The position numbers and the translations under genes were made by a program. A stretch of DNA of 64,000 nt. Origin: an uncultured delta proteobacterium (lineage in GTDB: Bacteria > Desulfobacterota > BSN033 > UBA1163). The stretch lies in NCBI GenBank assembly GCA_963708295.1, contig CAVPSJ010000011.1:192001-256000 (forward strand), in the 5' to 3' direction. Positions 9,874 through 19,804 of this stretch are shown in pieces (position 1 is the first letter of the stretch; the number at the start of each line of letters is the position of its first letter). The notes below the pieces were generated by a model. It was not told the DNA's origin and did not search any database. It saw nothing but the letters and a program-made list of their open reading frames with translations.

Positions 9874-9985
9874 CCACCCCACCCTCCTCCTGAAAGCGAG
9901 AGATCTCCTACCTCTGAAAGGAAGAAATCCTTATGTTCTCCTCCCCCTTCAAGGGGGAGTGTATAGACCGGGGAGATGGGGATTT
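9874..9985. repeat. Composite REP-like repeat (CTCCCCCTTCAAGGGGGAG family)
   Basis: cctctgaaaggaagaaatccttatgttctcctcccccttcaagggggag aligns with ~33536-33584. Confidence 0.65.
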
Positions 9986-10099
9986 CTTAGCAACTAAACC
10001 TGAAATCTCTTCTCATGCGCACTGATGAGCAAAGAGCAAGGCAAAGGGCCGTGTTGAGGAGGAAGGCTGCTCAGCTTCGTCAGCGGCCCCTCACCCCAC

Positions 10100-10128
10100 T
10101 TGACATGGCCTTGAAGAAAAGGTATTTT
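10100..10128 (+). promoter_or_regulatory. Sigma70-type promoter of the LacI gene
   Basis: TTGACA-17 nt-TATTTT, directly followed by the operator. Confidence 0.6.
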
Positions 10129-10131
10129 TTG

Positions 10132-10147
10132 TGGAAAAGGTTTACCA
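10132..10147. promoter_or_regulatory. LacI-family operator, copy 1
   Basis: Imperfect palindrome TGGAAAAGGTTTACCA, identical to 11212-11227. Confidence 0.75.
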
Positions 10148-10166
10148 TTCCCATCGGATTTATTTC

Positions 10167-11159
10167 ATGTCAACCATACTGGACGTTGCCCTGAAAGCCA
10201 AAGTTTCTATCGCCACGGTCTCCAGGGTCGTCAACAACAGCTCCCACAAAGTCAATCCAATCACAAGAAAGAAGGTTTTGAAAGCCATCACCGAATTGGA
10301 CTACCGTCCCAATGCCCTGGCCAAAGGTCTTCTCAAGAAAAAGACAATGACTGTCGGGATCATCATCCCCGACATTTCCAACCCCTATTATGCGGAGATC
10401 GTGAGGGGGATTCAAGATATGGCCGATCTATCTGGATATGCCATCCTCCTTCTCAACACGGACAGAAATCAGGACCGAATTATAAAGCATATCTATTTTC
10501 TCAGAGAAAAGTCGGCTGACGGGATTATTTTCAGCGGCGGCATGATTCACGGTGAAAAGGTTCTCTCGTCCCTGAAGGAACTGAGGGAACGAGTAGTCCT
10601 GATCGGTCGCCATAAGGCCGATTTCCCCGCGGTCATGATCGACAATATGGGTGGAGCAACCAAGGCAACACAGCACCTGATCGGGCTGAATCACAAAAGA
10701 ATTGCGTTTCTGGGTGGACCGGATAAATCCACCTCTTCGAAAGATCGTCTTTCAGGGTATAAGAGTGCGTTGATCCAAAGTGGTTGTGTTATTGATAAGA
10801 ATCTGATAAAAAAAGGAGATCTGACTCCCAGGAGTGGATATCTTCTTGCAAAAGAGCTCATTCAGAAAGAGCAATTTACAGCGATTTTTGCCGCCAATGA
10901 CCAGATGGCGTTTGGAGCCATTCGGGCGGCTATGGAATTTGGATCAAGAGTGCCGAATGATCTCTCTGTCGTGGGATTTGATAATATTCCCTTCAGCTCT
11001 TATTTTGATCCTTCCTTAACAACCGTTGAAATTCCGATGTATCATATCGGGGCGGCTGCCATGGAAATGTTGATCAATCGGATATCGGAGAAAAATGCTG
11101 AAAAACTGCGTTGGTTCGATACCAAGCTACTGATTCGAGATTCGACGGCAAAAAGATAG
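10167..11159 (+). CDS. LacI-family transcriptional regulator
   Basis: [22 protein letters not shown]; [10 protein letters not shown] hinge; [13 protein letters not shown]; PSLTTV. Confidence 0.95.
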   Translation: MSTILDVALKAKVSIATVSRVVNNSSHKVNPITRKKVLKAITELDYRPNALAKGLLKKKTMTVGIIIPDISNPYYAEIVRGIQDMADLSGYAILLLNTDRNQDRIIKHIYFLREKSADGIIFSGGMIHGEKVLSSLKELRERVVLIGRHKADFPAVMIDNMGGATKATQHLIGLNHKRIAFLGGPDKSTSSKDRLSGYKSALIQSGCVIDKNLIKKGDLTPRSGYLLAKELIQKEQFTAIFAANDQMAFGAIRAAMEFGSRVPNDLSVVGFDNIPFSSYFDPSLTTVEIPMYHIGAAAMEMLINRISEKNAEKLRWFDTKLLIRDSTAKR

Positions 11160-11211
11160 CTTTGGAAATAGAAGAAAGCTCTTGATATTTTTTTGTAGCA
11201 TCGAATTACTT

Positions 11212-11227
11212 TGGAAAAGGTTTACCA
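11212..11227. promoter_or_regulatory. LacI-family operator, copy 2
   Basis: TGGAAAAGGTTTACCA, 55 nt upstream of the first catabolic gene. Confidence 0.75.
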
Positions 11228-11282
11228 TAACATCTCAAATAGATCATGATCTTCTAAACGAAAACAAGAAAGGAGAATCAAA

Positions 11283-12176
11283 ATGTCAAAGCTACAAAAG
11301 TATGACCTTCTGGAACTACCCTGGACCGACATTGCCGATTATCTCAAGGCCGGCAACGACGTCGTGATGATCCCCGTCGGCAGCTGCGAGAAGCACGGGC
11401 ATCACGTCCCTCTCGGGGTCGATTCCTACACCACGATGGGAAGCGTGGAAAGGGCGGCACTGAAGGCTAAAGTGCTTTACGCTCCTCTTTTACCTTTCGG
11501 TGTTTCCCCTCATCACATGGGCGAACCGGGTTGGGGAACCGGGACGATTTCCTTTCCCACCGAAGTCTACCGTGAAGTTCTCTATGCCATCGGCCGGAGC
11601 CTGATCTTCGCCGGTTTTAATAAACTGGTCTATGTTTCTCACCACGGCACCAACATGGGTTCTCAGGGAGAAGTGCTGCGCACCCTGCGGGCCGAGACCG
11701 GTTGCTTCTGCGCCTACTACAAAACCCCTACGGAAAGGGAGTGCGCGGTCGTCGTCGACTTGATGGACGGTCCCCCGGAGGAGACCCCCGGTTGGCATGC
11801 CGGGGAGCTTGAGACCTCTACCACCATAGCCTATATGAAGGAAAAAGGGAATTACGAAGGCTCCGTGTTCATGGAGCGGGCCAAGGCCGATCGTGCCCAC
11901 GCCCCGCGGTGGATGGGACCCGCCTTTTCCAAAAAGGATGGCACGAACACCGTTATCTTCCAGAATTCTGAAAACATCTTCGTTCCGATGCTCCACCATG
12001 AGTACTCGGATACGGCCACGATCGGAAATCCGCTCCGGTCCAGCGAAAAGCAGGGCAATGCCGTCTTTGAGAGAATCGCTAATCACCTGGCCGCCTTTCT
12101 CGAGGAAGTGAAGAAATTCGATTTCAAAGTTCCGATGGAGAAGCGGGACTGGCCCGGCCGTTTCTGGAAAGGGTAA
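11283..12176 (+). CDS. Creatininase-family amidohydrolase
   Basis: PVGSCEKHGHHVPLGVD, SPHH, HHGTN and HAGELETS metal-binding motifs. Confidence 0.88.
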   Translation: MSKLQKYDLLELPWTDIADYLKAGNDVVMIPVGSCEKHGHHVPLGVDSYTTMGSVERAALKAKVLYAPLLPFGVSPHHMGEPGWGTGTISFPTEVYREVLYAIGRSLIFAGFNKLVYVSHHGTNMGSQGEVLRTLRAETGCFCAYYKTPTERECAVVVDLMDGPPEETPGWHAGELETSTTIAYMKEKGNYEGSVFMERAKADRAHAPRWMGPAFSKKDGTNTVIFQNSENIFVPMLHHEYSDTATIGNPLRSSEKQGNAVFERIANHLAAFLEEVKKFDFKVPMEKRDWPGRFWKG

Positions 12177-12276
12177 AAAGATTCAGGAGGGCGTGCAAGA
12201 ATAACTCTACAATTTTACAAATGCAGTCATTTAATGGAGCAGTGGACTATTCGGTTGGTACAGAAAACGTGATGAG

Positions 12277-13512
12277 ATGAAGCGGAAAGGAACCATTGCT
12301 ATTCTGGCGACCCTGGATACCAAGGGGCAAGAGGTAGCCTATATGAAGGGATTCTTCGAAGCCCTGGGCCATTCCGCTGTCACTATCGATGTGGGCCCTC
12401 TCGGTCCTCCCTCTATCCCGCCGGATATCACGAATGAAGAGATTGCTCGGTGGGGGGGTTGGGAACTTTCGAATTTGATTCAAACGGGAGAAAGAGACCG
12501 AATGATGCAAGAGATGGGGAAAGGGGCGATGAAGCTTCTTCTCCATTTACATCAAGAAGGAAGAATCGACGGGGTCATCGGACTCGGAGGCAACCAGGGA
12601 TCGGCCATTGCGTCCATGGCCATGAAGGCCCTACCCTTTGGATTTCCAAAATATCTTGTCTCTACGGTTGCCTCCGGAAATATCCGGCCTTATGTAGGGC
12701 ATAAAGACATCGGAGTGGTTTTTTCAGTGGGAGATTTCCTGGGAGGTCCAAACCCAATCACCCGGTCGGTCCTCAGAAATGCTGCGTCGGCAGTGGCCGG
12801 GATGGTTGAACATTGCACGGAGGGTGCGAGGGTTAAAATAGAACCGGGCGAGCGGATCGTCGCGGTGACTGCTCTGGGAAATACGGAACCTGCGGTCAGC
12901 CTGGCTGTAAAGCAACTTCATGAGAAGGGTTTCCGGGTTGTCCCTTTTCACGCCTCCGGAGCCGGCGGCTCAGCAATGGAAGAGCTGATCGAGCAGGGAA
13001 CCATCCATGGAGTCCTTGACTTAACCCCTCATGAACTCACAGAAGAGGTCGTCGGCGCCGGGGCCTATATCCCTGTGACATCGGGAAGGCTGAAAGCGGC
13101 TGGAGCAAAGGGAATTCCTCAGGTTGTATCCACGGGAGGGATGGAATATCTCTGTTTCGGGCCTAAAGAGTCCATTCCATTGAAATTACGAAAAAGAAAA
13201 ATCTACATGCACAACCCTCTCAATGCGAATGTGGGGGTTTCCAGGAATGAGATGGCGCAGGTGGGCAAAACTATGGCTGAAAGGTTGAATGAGGCCAGAG
13301 GGATGACTGCTGTATTGATTCCCCTGCAGGGGTGGTCCATCTATGGAGCAAGGGGAGGTCCCCTATACGATGAGGGTAGGTATACGACTTTTCTGAAGGC
13401 CCTCAAGAACCATCTCAGAGCGGATATCGGGCTGGAAAAGATTGATGCCCATATCAACGATGCTCGTTTTGTGGATCGGTGCGTCACGAAATTAGTTGAA
13501 TTTATGAATTAA
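12277..13512 (+). CDS. Tm-1-like ATP-binding (UPF0261) protein
   Basis: ATLDTKGQE, GLGGNQGS, LPFGFPKYLVSTVASG, FHASGAGG, DAHIND. Confidence 0.9.
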   Translation: MKRKGTIAILATLDTKGQEVAYMKGFFEALGHSAVTIDVGPLGPPSIPPDITNEEIARWGGWELSNLIQTGERDRMMQEMGKGAMKLLLHLHQEGRIDGVIGLGGNQGSAIASMAMKALPFGFPKYLVSTVASGNIRPYVGHKDIGVVFSVGDFLGGPNPITRSVLRNAASAVAGMVEHCTEGARVKIEPGERIVAVTALGNTEPAVSLAVKQLHEKGFRVVPFHASGAGGSAMEELIEQGTIHGVLDLTPHELTEEVVGAGAYIPVTSGRLKAAGAKGIPQVVSTGGMEYLCFGPKESIPLKLRKRKIYMHNPLNANVGVSRNEMAQVGKTMAERLNEARGMTAVLIPLQGWSIYGARGGPLYDEGRYTTFLKALKNHLRADIGLEKIDAHINDARFVDRCVTKLVEFMN

Positions 13513-13764
13513 GCTTAAGGTTAAATTAAATTCGACGGGTGGGCGTACTTCCAACCCTTTACGAAGCGGGTTCTTGGTATAGTTCATGGGTAACGTGCGA
13601 TATCAGCCAGAGTGAAGTCTGTACTATGCCTGGAAACTCGATTGCTGGACATTTCAACGTCCCGCTGTAAAGTTTCTTCAGCACGCTCAATCGCCTATTG
13701 GCATTTACTCAAACAACCGTTTGCTGGAGAAAAAAGCCTTTCGAAAATTTGCCCATGGAGGTCA

Positions 13765-14892
13765 ATGATGAAGCCGTCCGATCCAAAGAAGGATTTGTCA
13801 ATTCCCAAGACCATGAAAGCATGGGTCCTCGATGGCCCGGAACAATTACGACTGGTGGAAAAGCCTGTCCCCCAACCGGGGCCCGCGGAGGTCCTGGTCC
13901 GCATTGACGCGGTCGCCATTTGCGGCACGGACGTAGAGATTATTACCAAAGGGCTGCCCGCGTGGATACAGGGCGGTCTTCCCTTCAATAAGAATTTCAC
14001 GCCCGGCCATGAATACATGGGCACGGTGGCTAAGCTCGGAGCAGGCGTGGACGAATATAAAATCGGAGATCGCATTGCCGTGGAAATCCATGCCGGCTGC
14101 GGTCGTTGCGAAAGATGTCGTATGGGCATGTACACATCATGCCTCAACTATGGCTTAAATTACGGAGACAACAACAAGGGGCACCGTGCCAATGGCTTTA
14201 CCACGGACGGCGGCTTCGCAGAGTATGCGGTCAATCATGTCAACACCTTGGCCCATGTGCCCGGTGAGATGAGTGATGAAGAGGCTACACTGATCGTCAC
14301 CGCCGGAACGGCCATGTACGGCCTCGACGTCCTGGGTGGACTGATCGCGGGGGAGAGCCTGGCGGTTACCGGGCCGGGCCCGATCGGACTCATGAGCGTG
14401 GCCGTAGGTAAGGCCCTGGGGGCTCAGCCCGTCATTCTGACCGGGACTCGAGATTCCAGGCTCAACATGGGAATCAGATTGGGTGCGGACCATGTGATCA
14501 ATGTTAAAAGGGAGAATCCCGTTGAGGCCGTGAAACGGATCACCGAAGGCAAGGGAGTCCATTATGTGATGGAATGCTCGGGAGCTCCTAACGCCCTGAA
14601 TGAAGCCATGGACATGGTCAATCGAGGTGGCAGAATCTGCCTCGCTGCATTTCCGGGTGAACCGGTTCCGGTTGATCTGGCCAAGCTGGTGCGCAACAAC
14701 ATTTATGTTTACGGTATCCGGGGCGAAGGCAGGAGTGCGACCCACCGAGCCGCTGCCCTGATGGCACAGAAACGCTTCGATGCAAAGCTCATGCATACGC
14801 ACACTTTCCCGCTGGACCAGGTTCCAACGGCCTTCAGATATTTTCGCGAGAGAATCGAAGACGCGATCAAGGTGGTCATCAAGGTGCATTAA
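13765..14892 (+). CDS. Zn-dependent medium-chain (sorbitol/threonine-type) dehydrogenase
   Basis: AICGTD, GHEYMG, structural Zn CGRCERC...C, GPGPIG; RBS GGAGG at 13757. Confidence 0.92.
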   Translation: MMKPSDPKKDLSIPKTMKAWVLDGPEQLRLVEKPVPQPGPAEVLVRIDAVAICGTDVEIITKGLPAWIQGGLPFNKNFTPGHEYMGTVAKLGAGVDEYKIGDRIAVEIHAGCGRCERCRMGMYTSCLNYGLNYGDNNKGHRANGFTTDGGFAEYAVNHVNTLAHVPGEMSDEEATLIVTAGTAMYGLDVLGGLIAGESLAVTGPGPIGLMSVAVGKALGAQPVILTGTRDSRLNMGIRLGADHVINVKRENPVEAVKRITEGKGVHYVMECSGAPNALNEAMDMVNRGGRICLAAFPGEPVPVDLAKLVRNNIYVYGIRGEGRSATHRAAALMAQKRFDAKLMHTHTFPLDQVPTAFRYFRERIEDAIKVVIKVH

Positions 14893-14936
14893 CGGAGGCC
14901 TGGGGTTACGGAATACTTCAAAAAGGGAGGATATCC

Positions 14937-15857
14937 ATGGAGAATTTCTCAATTTACCGCTATATGAAACTGGGAATTGTGCATTTCAAAGCTTTCCCGG
15001 AGGTATCGGAGGGGAATGGTCCCATCGTGGAAACTCTTCGCAAGATCGTGGAGGATGACTTTTGGACGGCTGTTGAAGTGGGTTGGATGAAGGACGTCAA
15101 GGTGAGAAATGAGGCAAGCAAGCTCCTCGAGACCTCTCATATGGAAGTCTGTTACGCAAACCAACCGAGAATGTTCAGCGGGAAGCTCAATGTGAATGCC
15201 TTCGACCCAGATGAGAGAAAAAAAGCGATCAATGCGATGAAAAATGGAGTCGATGAGGCCTTTGACCTCGGAGCCTCATGCATCAGGGTTTTCTCAGGCA
15301 AACATCCCGGAGAGGAAAAGAAAGAAGAAGGCAAGAAGATCCTGATTGACTCCCTGAAGGAAATCTGCAGGTTCACGAAAGAACAGGGCCCGATGGAGAT
15401 CTACATGAAGGTCTTCGACTATGATATCGACAAATGCTTTCTCATCGGTCATTTCAAAGACGCAGCCGACGTGGCGACTGAGGTGCACAAGGAGTTCAAG
15501 AATTTCGGCGTCCTGGCGGATCTCTCTCACTTCCCCCTTCTCAGAGAAACCCCTGAGAAGGCCATCCCTCTTGTCAAGCAGTTTCCCCTCCATTTCCACA
15601 TCGGGAATTGTTCGTTCCGCGACAGGAGACACCCTACCTACGGGGATCTGCAACCTCGTTTCGGAATGGCCGGCGGGGAGATTGATACCCCCCAGGTCAG
15701 GGACTATCTCAAGCTTTTGCTTGACATGAAGCTCTTGAATCCGGAAAAGAAACCTGTGCTCAGCGCGGAGGTAAGACCCCTTCTTGCGGAGGACACGTCC
15801 GAAGTCGTCATTGCGAACACGAAGCGAGTAATCAAGGAAGCCTGGGCAATGGTATAG
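14937..15857 (+). CDS. Sugar isomerase/epimerase (xylose-isomerase-like TIM barrel)
   Basis: DLSHFPLL, HFHIGNC, YGDLQPRFG, SAEVRP pattern; operon context. Confidence 0.75.
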   Translation: MENFSIYRYMKLGIVHFKAFPEVSEGNGPIVETLRKIVEDDFWTAVEVGWMKDVKVRNEASKLLETSHMEVCYANQPRMFSGKLNVNAFDPDERKKAINAMKNGVDEAFDLGASCIRVFSGKHPGEEKKEEGKKILIDSLKEICRFTKEQGPMEIYMKVFDYDIDKCFLIGHFKDAADVATEVHKEFKNFGVLADLSHFPLLRETPEKAIPLVKQFPLHFHIGNCSFRDRRHPTYGDLQPRFGMAGGEIDTPQVRDYLKLLLDMKLLNPEKKPVLSAEVRPLLAEDTSEVVIANTKRVIKEAWAMV

Positions 15858-15912
15858 GCTTCGGCTCAACAAAAGGTGCTGATCATGGTGCTTAGCATTC
15901 AAAAGGTCCGCC

Positions 15913-15951
15913 CTGCCTTCGTCCCGCAAGGCGGGACTTCGCGCAGGCAGG
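15913..15951. repeat. REP-like hairpin
   Basis: cctgccttcgtcccgcaaggcgggacttcgcgcaggcagg, nested inverted repeats. Confidence 0.55.
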
Positions 15952-16033
15952 TACAAGGCTTTCTCAGCGTCCTAACCGGGGCCTGCCTTGCCAATTTCTC
16001 ACAGAATCAAAATAAATAGAAAGGAGGAGGATC

Positions 16034-17020
16034 ATGTCAGGGAAAGGTAGATTTTCTCAAAACTCTTGGAGATTCTTATTTGTGGCCCTTTTGATGGGCC
16101 TGTGGGTGTGGGGTGCTGACACTGGCTTCGCAAAAGACGAATGGCCTGCAAAGCAGGTCGATTTGGTCAACCCCTTCGGAGCCGGAGGAGCAGCGGATGT
16201 CCAGGCCCGGAAACTGGCAGAAATCATTTCTAAAGACCTGGGAGAGCCCCTGGCCGTGCGGAATGTCACAGGAGCTGGCGGAGCTATAGCCTATAATGAG
16301 GTGCACCGAGCCAAACCGGATGGCTATACCCTGATCTGGTATTCCGGCGCCATCAATACATTAGCCGCCAGAAAACAGATCTCTTTTGACTATCAGGCTT
16401 TCGAGCATATCGCAGGAGTCGGGTTTGAAACGATTGCAATTACAGTCAATAAAACCGCGCCCTGGAAGGACTTTAAGGAATTCATCGCCTATATTAAGCA
16501 GAATCCTGGAAAAGTGACCGTAGGTAATTCAGGGATGGGCAGCGTGACCCATATGGTGCCCGTGGCCATGGCATCGAAAATCGGCGCCCCGGTGGTTCAT
16601 GTTCCCTTCGGAACCGGATTGGCAGTGGCTGCCCTGATGGGCAACAAGATTGATGCCTCGAGCCAGCACCCTGCTGAGGTTCTGAGCCAGGTAAAGGCGG
16701 GAGAAGTCCGTGTCCTGGCTGTCAGCAGTGAAAAACGAATTAATCTCTGGCCAAACGTGCCTACGATGAAAGAATCGGGTGTGGATTTGGTATTTGACCA
16801 GTGGAGAGGTTTCGCTGCTCCCAAGAGCACCCCTAAAATGGTGATCGATAAAATGAGTCCTATTGTCAAAAAGGCTGTGGAGAGCAAGGAGTGGACGGAT
16901 TTTGCCGCCTCCGTGGGAACGACGCCGCAATACCTCGACCCTGCGGCCTTTGCTAAGTTTGTAGCCGAGCAGGATAAAATCACGAAGGAAATCATGGCCG
17001 CGGCGGGTCTGACGAAATAA
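16034..17020 (+). CDS. tctC: Tripartite tricarboxylate transporter substrate-binding protein (TctC/Bug)
   Basis: Signal peptide; WPAKQVDLVNPFGAGGAAD; GAGGAIA; KPDGYTL; VPTMKESG. Confidence 0.93.
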   Translation: MSGKGRFSQNSWRFLFVALLMGLWVWGADTGFAKDEWPAKQVDLVNPFGAGGAADVQARKLAEIISKDLGEPLAVRNVTGAGGAIAYNEVHRAKPDGYTLIWYSGAINTLAARKQISFDYQAFEHIAGVGFETIAITVNKTAPWKDFKEFIAYIKQNPGKVTVGNSGMGSVTHMVPVAMASKIGAPVVHVPFGTGLAVAALMGNKIDASSQHPAEVLSQVKAGEVRVLAVSSEKRINLWPNVPTMKESGVDLVFDQWRGFAAPKSTPKMVIDKMSPIVKKAVESKEWTDFAASVGTTPQYLDPAAFAKFVAEQDKITKEIMAAAGLTK

Positions 17021-17050
17021 CCCGCCGCCCACCCTTTCTCCTCAATGAGG

Positions 17051-17210
17051 GAAGGTGTGAAAAAATCGCACTGTACTCGTCTCCCCGGTGAAAACCGGGT
17101 CCAGAGTATTTGCTGCCCCTAAAAATACTGGATTCTGGCTGGAGTTTATTCCGATGGAAATCGGGACCGGAATGACGTGAACCACCACCAAACCATTTTT
17201 TCACAGCTTC
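17051..17210. mobile_element. 160-bp MITE-like element containing REP hairpins
   Basis: Terminal inverted repeats gaaggtgtgaaaaaat / attttttcacagcttc (15 of 16 match); internal copy of the 8792 repeat. Confidence 0.6.
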
Positions 17211-17228
17211 GGAAGCGCGAGGAAGGGA

Positions 17229-17744
17229 GTGAGTAAACTATTTTCTAAGAAAATGTTTATTCGAAAAGAGATTACAAGCAGCCTTGTCATATTGTTCTTC
17301 GGCGTAGGGTTTCTGCTCTATGACCTCAAATACCCCCTGGACCAATGGGCAAACCCCGGCCCCGGAGTCTTCCCGCTGGTCATAGGAGCGGTCGTAGTGG
17401 TTTTGACCGCTTGGCTATTGGTTCAAGAGGTTCGGAAGCTTAAATCGCAAGGGGCAAAAGAGGGCGACGAGGGAGCCAGACAATCGATAACACCCCTTCT
17501 TCAAAGAAGTAGCGCCGAGGCAAAACCTCTCTTCATGATTGTTGTTTTCATCATTTACCTTCTCATGGTAAAGTGGGTCGGTTTTTTTGTCTCGAATTTT
17601 CTATTCGTCATCCTCTCCAGCAGGCTCATGGGGGCCAAAGGTTGGGGAAAGCCGATCGCCCTTTCTGCAGGAATTAACCTTTTCTGTTATTTTCTCTTTG
17701 TGGCCTGGATAAAATTGTCCTTTCCCAGGGGTGTTTTATTCTGA
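17229..17744 (+). CDS. tctB: TctB small membrane subunit
   Basis: PGPGVFP motif; several TM helices; ends LSFPRG. Confidence 0.88.
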   Translation: MSKLFSKKMFIRKEITSSLVILFFGVGFLLYDLKYPLDQWANPGPGVFPLVIGAVVVVLTAWLLVQEVRKLKSQGAKEGDEGARQSITPLLQRSSAEAKPLFMIVVFIIYLLMVKWVGFFVSNFLFVILSSRLMGAKGWGKPIALSAGINLFCYFLFVAWIKLSFPRGVLF

Positions 17745-17760
17745 AGGGAGACCTCTTCAA

Positions 17761-19272
17761 ATGGCTGGACAAGGTATTTTATCTTCGCTGCTCATCGCTT
17801 TTCAGCCTGTCAATTTTTTAGCCTGTTTTATCGGCGCAGTCATTGGCACACTGGTGGGGGTGTTGCCGGGTCTTGGTCCAGCGGCTGCAATGGCTTTGGT
17901 GATCCCCATGACCTTAAAGCTTGGTCCAACGGCAGGTCTGATCATGCTGGCAGGGATTTACTATGGGTCCATGTATGGGGGCTCCACGACATCCATTCTG
18001 GTCAATGTCCCCGGAGAGCCCGCGAGTGTGGTCACCACGTTAGACGGTTATGCGATGGCGCGAAAGGGACGGGCCGGAGCGGCGCTGGCCATTGCAGCCA
18101 TCGGGTCCTTTGTTGCCGGAACATTCAGCGTCATCGCACTGCAGTTCTTCGCACCCGTTCTTGCGAGGTCTGCCCTTGCCTTCGGGCCTGCGGAATACTT
18201 CGCCCTGACGGTTTTGGGCGTGATCTTGCTTTCCAACCTGACCGGAAAATCCCAAGTCAAATCCTTAATCATGATCATGGTCGGTTTGATGCTTTCAACC
18301 GTTGGGTTCGACCCCGTGGGCGGTGTGGAACGTTTCTCTTTCAGCCTCGAATCAGCGCAGGGGGGGATTAGTTTTATTGCCCTCACAACCGGCCTTTTTG
18401 GAGTTGCAGAAGTCCTTTCAATCATCGCCGCAAAAGAAGAACCGCTCGACCTCCTGCCTGTGAGGTTTCGCGAACTTTATCCCAATCGAGAAGAGATCAA
18501 GCGGTCCGTCGCTCCTGTCGCCCGCGGGTCTGTGTTGGGGTTTCTGATCGGCCTCTTGCCAGGGCCTGCTGCCACCATGGCAGCATTCGCCTCCTATGGC
18601 ATGGAGAGGCGGCTTTCCAAGCATCGGGATGAATTCGGAAAGGGTGCCATCGAAGGGGTGGCGGGGCCTGAATCGGCGAATAATGCGGCAGCAGGCGGAG
18701 CGATGATCCCTTTGCTTTCCTTGGGTTTACCCTTTACTCCGACCACGGCCGTTTTATTGGGAGGAATGCTTCTCCACGGCATCACCCCGGGCCCATTGCT
18801 CCTGCGTGACCGGCCCGATGTCTTTTGGGGAGTGATTGGCAGCTTTTATCTCGGGAATATGATGCTGCTCATCTTGAATCTGCCCCTGGTTGGCATCTTT
18901 GCAAAGATTGTAAGGATCACCCCAAAATATCTGATGCCAACCGTGCTGGTCCTGTGCGTCATCGGGGCTTACGGAGATAACGGTACCCTTTTTGACGTAT
19001 GGGTGATGCTGGGGGCTGGAATCGCGGGATACGTCATGCGTAAATACAACTATGAGCCCGCCCCCTTGGTCGTAGGGTTGGTTCTAGGCCCGGTCATGGA
19101 AAGATCCTTCAGGCAAACGCTCATCATATCCCGCGGAAATATGAGCGGCCTCTGGGATTCGCCGATTTGCCTGGTTTTGTGGCTGATCACTCTGTTGACA
19201 GCCGCTCTTCCATTCATCATGCGTTACTTAAGGTCGAAAGCAGGCATCCGTTCCAAGAAATCGACCTCCTAG
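17761..19272 (+). CDS. tctA: TctA large membrane subunit
   Basis: GVLPGLG, YYGSMYGGSTTSIL.N.PG, EGVAGPESANNA, GITPGP. Confidence 0.95.
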   Translation: MAGQGILSSLLIAFQPVNFLACFIGAVIGTLVGVLPGLGPAAAMALVIPMTLKLGPTAGLIMLAGIYYGSMYGGSTTSILVNVPGEPASVVTTLDGYAMARKGRAGAALAIAAIGSFVAGTFSVIALQFFAPVLARSALAFGPAEYFALTVLGVILLSNLTGKSQVKSLIMIMVGLMLSTVGFDPVGGVERFSFSLESAQGGISFIALTTGLFGVAEVLSIIAAKEEPLDLLPVRFRELYPNREEIKRSVAPVARGSVLGFLIGLLPGPAATMAAFASYGMERRLSKHRDEFGKGAIEGVAGPESANNAAAGGAMIPLLSLGLPFTPTTAVLLGGMLLHGITPGPLLLRDRPDVFWGVIGSFYLGNMMLLILNLPLVGIFAKIVRITPKYLMPTVLVLCVIGAYGDNGTLFDVWVMLGAGIAGYVMRKYNYEPAPLVVGLVLGPVMERSFRQTLIISRGNMSGLWDSPICLVLWLITLLTAALPFIMRYLRSKAGIRSKKSTS

Positions 19273-19320
19273 AAAAACAGTCCAGGCCCATAGCTAAGTT
19301 AACTCTTAATATTCAGGAGG

Positions 19321-19764
19321 TTATTTTCTTGATTTGAAGTAATCCTTTAAGATAGAGCGGTGATCGAAGGCAATTGAATCGGGCAGGTTCGTTTCATTGA
19401 AGATTCCAATTTCTATCGCGTCATCTTTAGCCTGAGGTGTTCCCTTAGCTTTTGCCATATAAACTGTTGAAATGCTGTGATGTCTCGGATCTCGATTCGG
19501 GTCTGAATAGGTGTGAAATTGATCGGTCAGTTTCACGTCCAGATCGGTCTCTTCCTTCGCCTCTCGTACAGCAGCCTCCTCCAAAGGCTCTCCGTAGTCC
19601 ACAAATCCTCCTGGAAGGGCCCATCCGTAGGGAGGATTCTTCCTTTTGATTAATACGATTCCTTTTGGCTCGATTTCGATGATGATGTCGACCGTTGGAA
19701 TGGGGTTCTTGTAGACTTCGATCTCATTCTTACATTTGGCGCACTGAATGGTTCGGCGAGCCAC
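19321..19764 (-). CDS. Nudix hydrolase
   Basis: Nudix box [24 protein letters not shown]; RDPR; AFDH. Confidence 0.92.
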   Translation of the reverse strand: MARRTIQCAKCKNEIEVYKNPIPTVDIIIEIEPKGIVLIKRKNPPYGWALPGGFVDYGEPLEEAAVREAKEETDLDVKLTDQFHTYSDPNRDPRHHSISTVYMAKAKGTPQAKDDAIEIGIFNETNLPDSIAFDHRSILKDYFKSRK

Positions 19765-19804
19765 TTACCCTACCCTTTCTCGAGTTTCTCATAACCACGA
19801 AATT

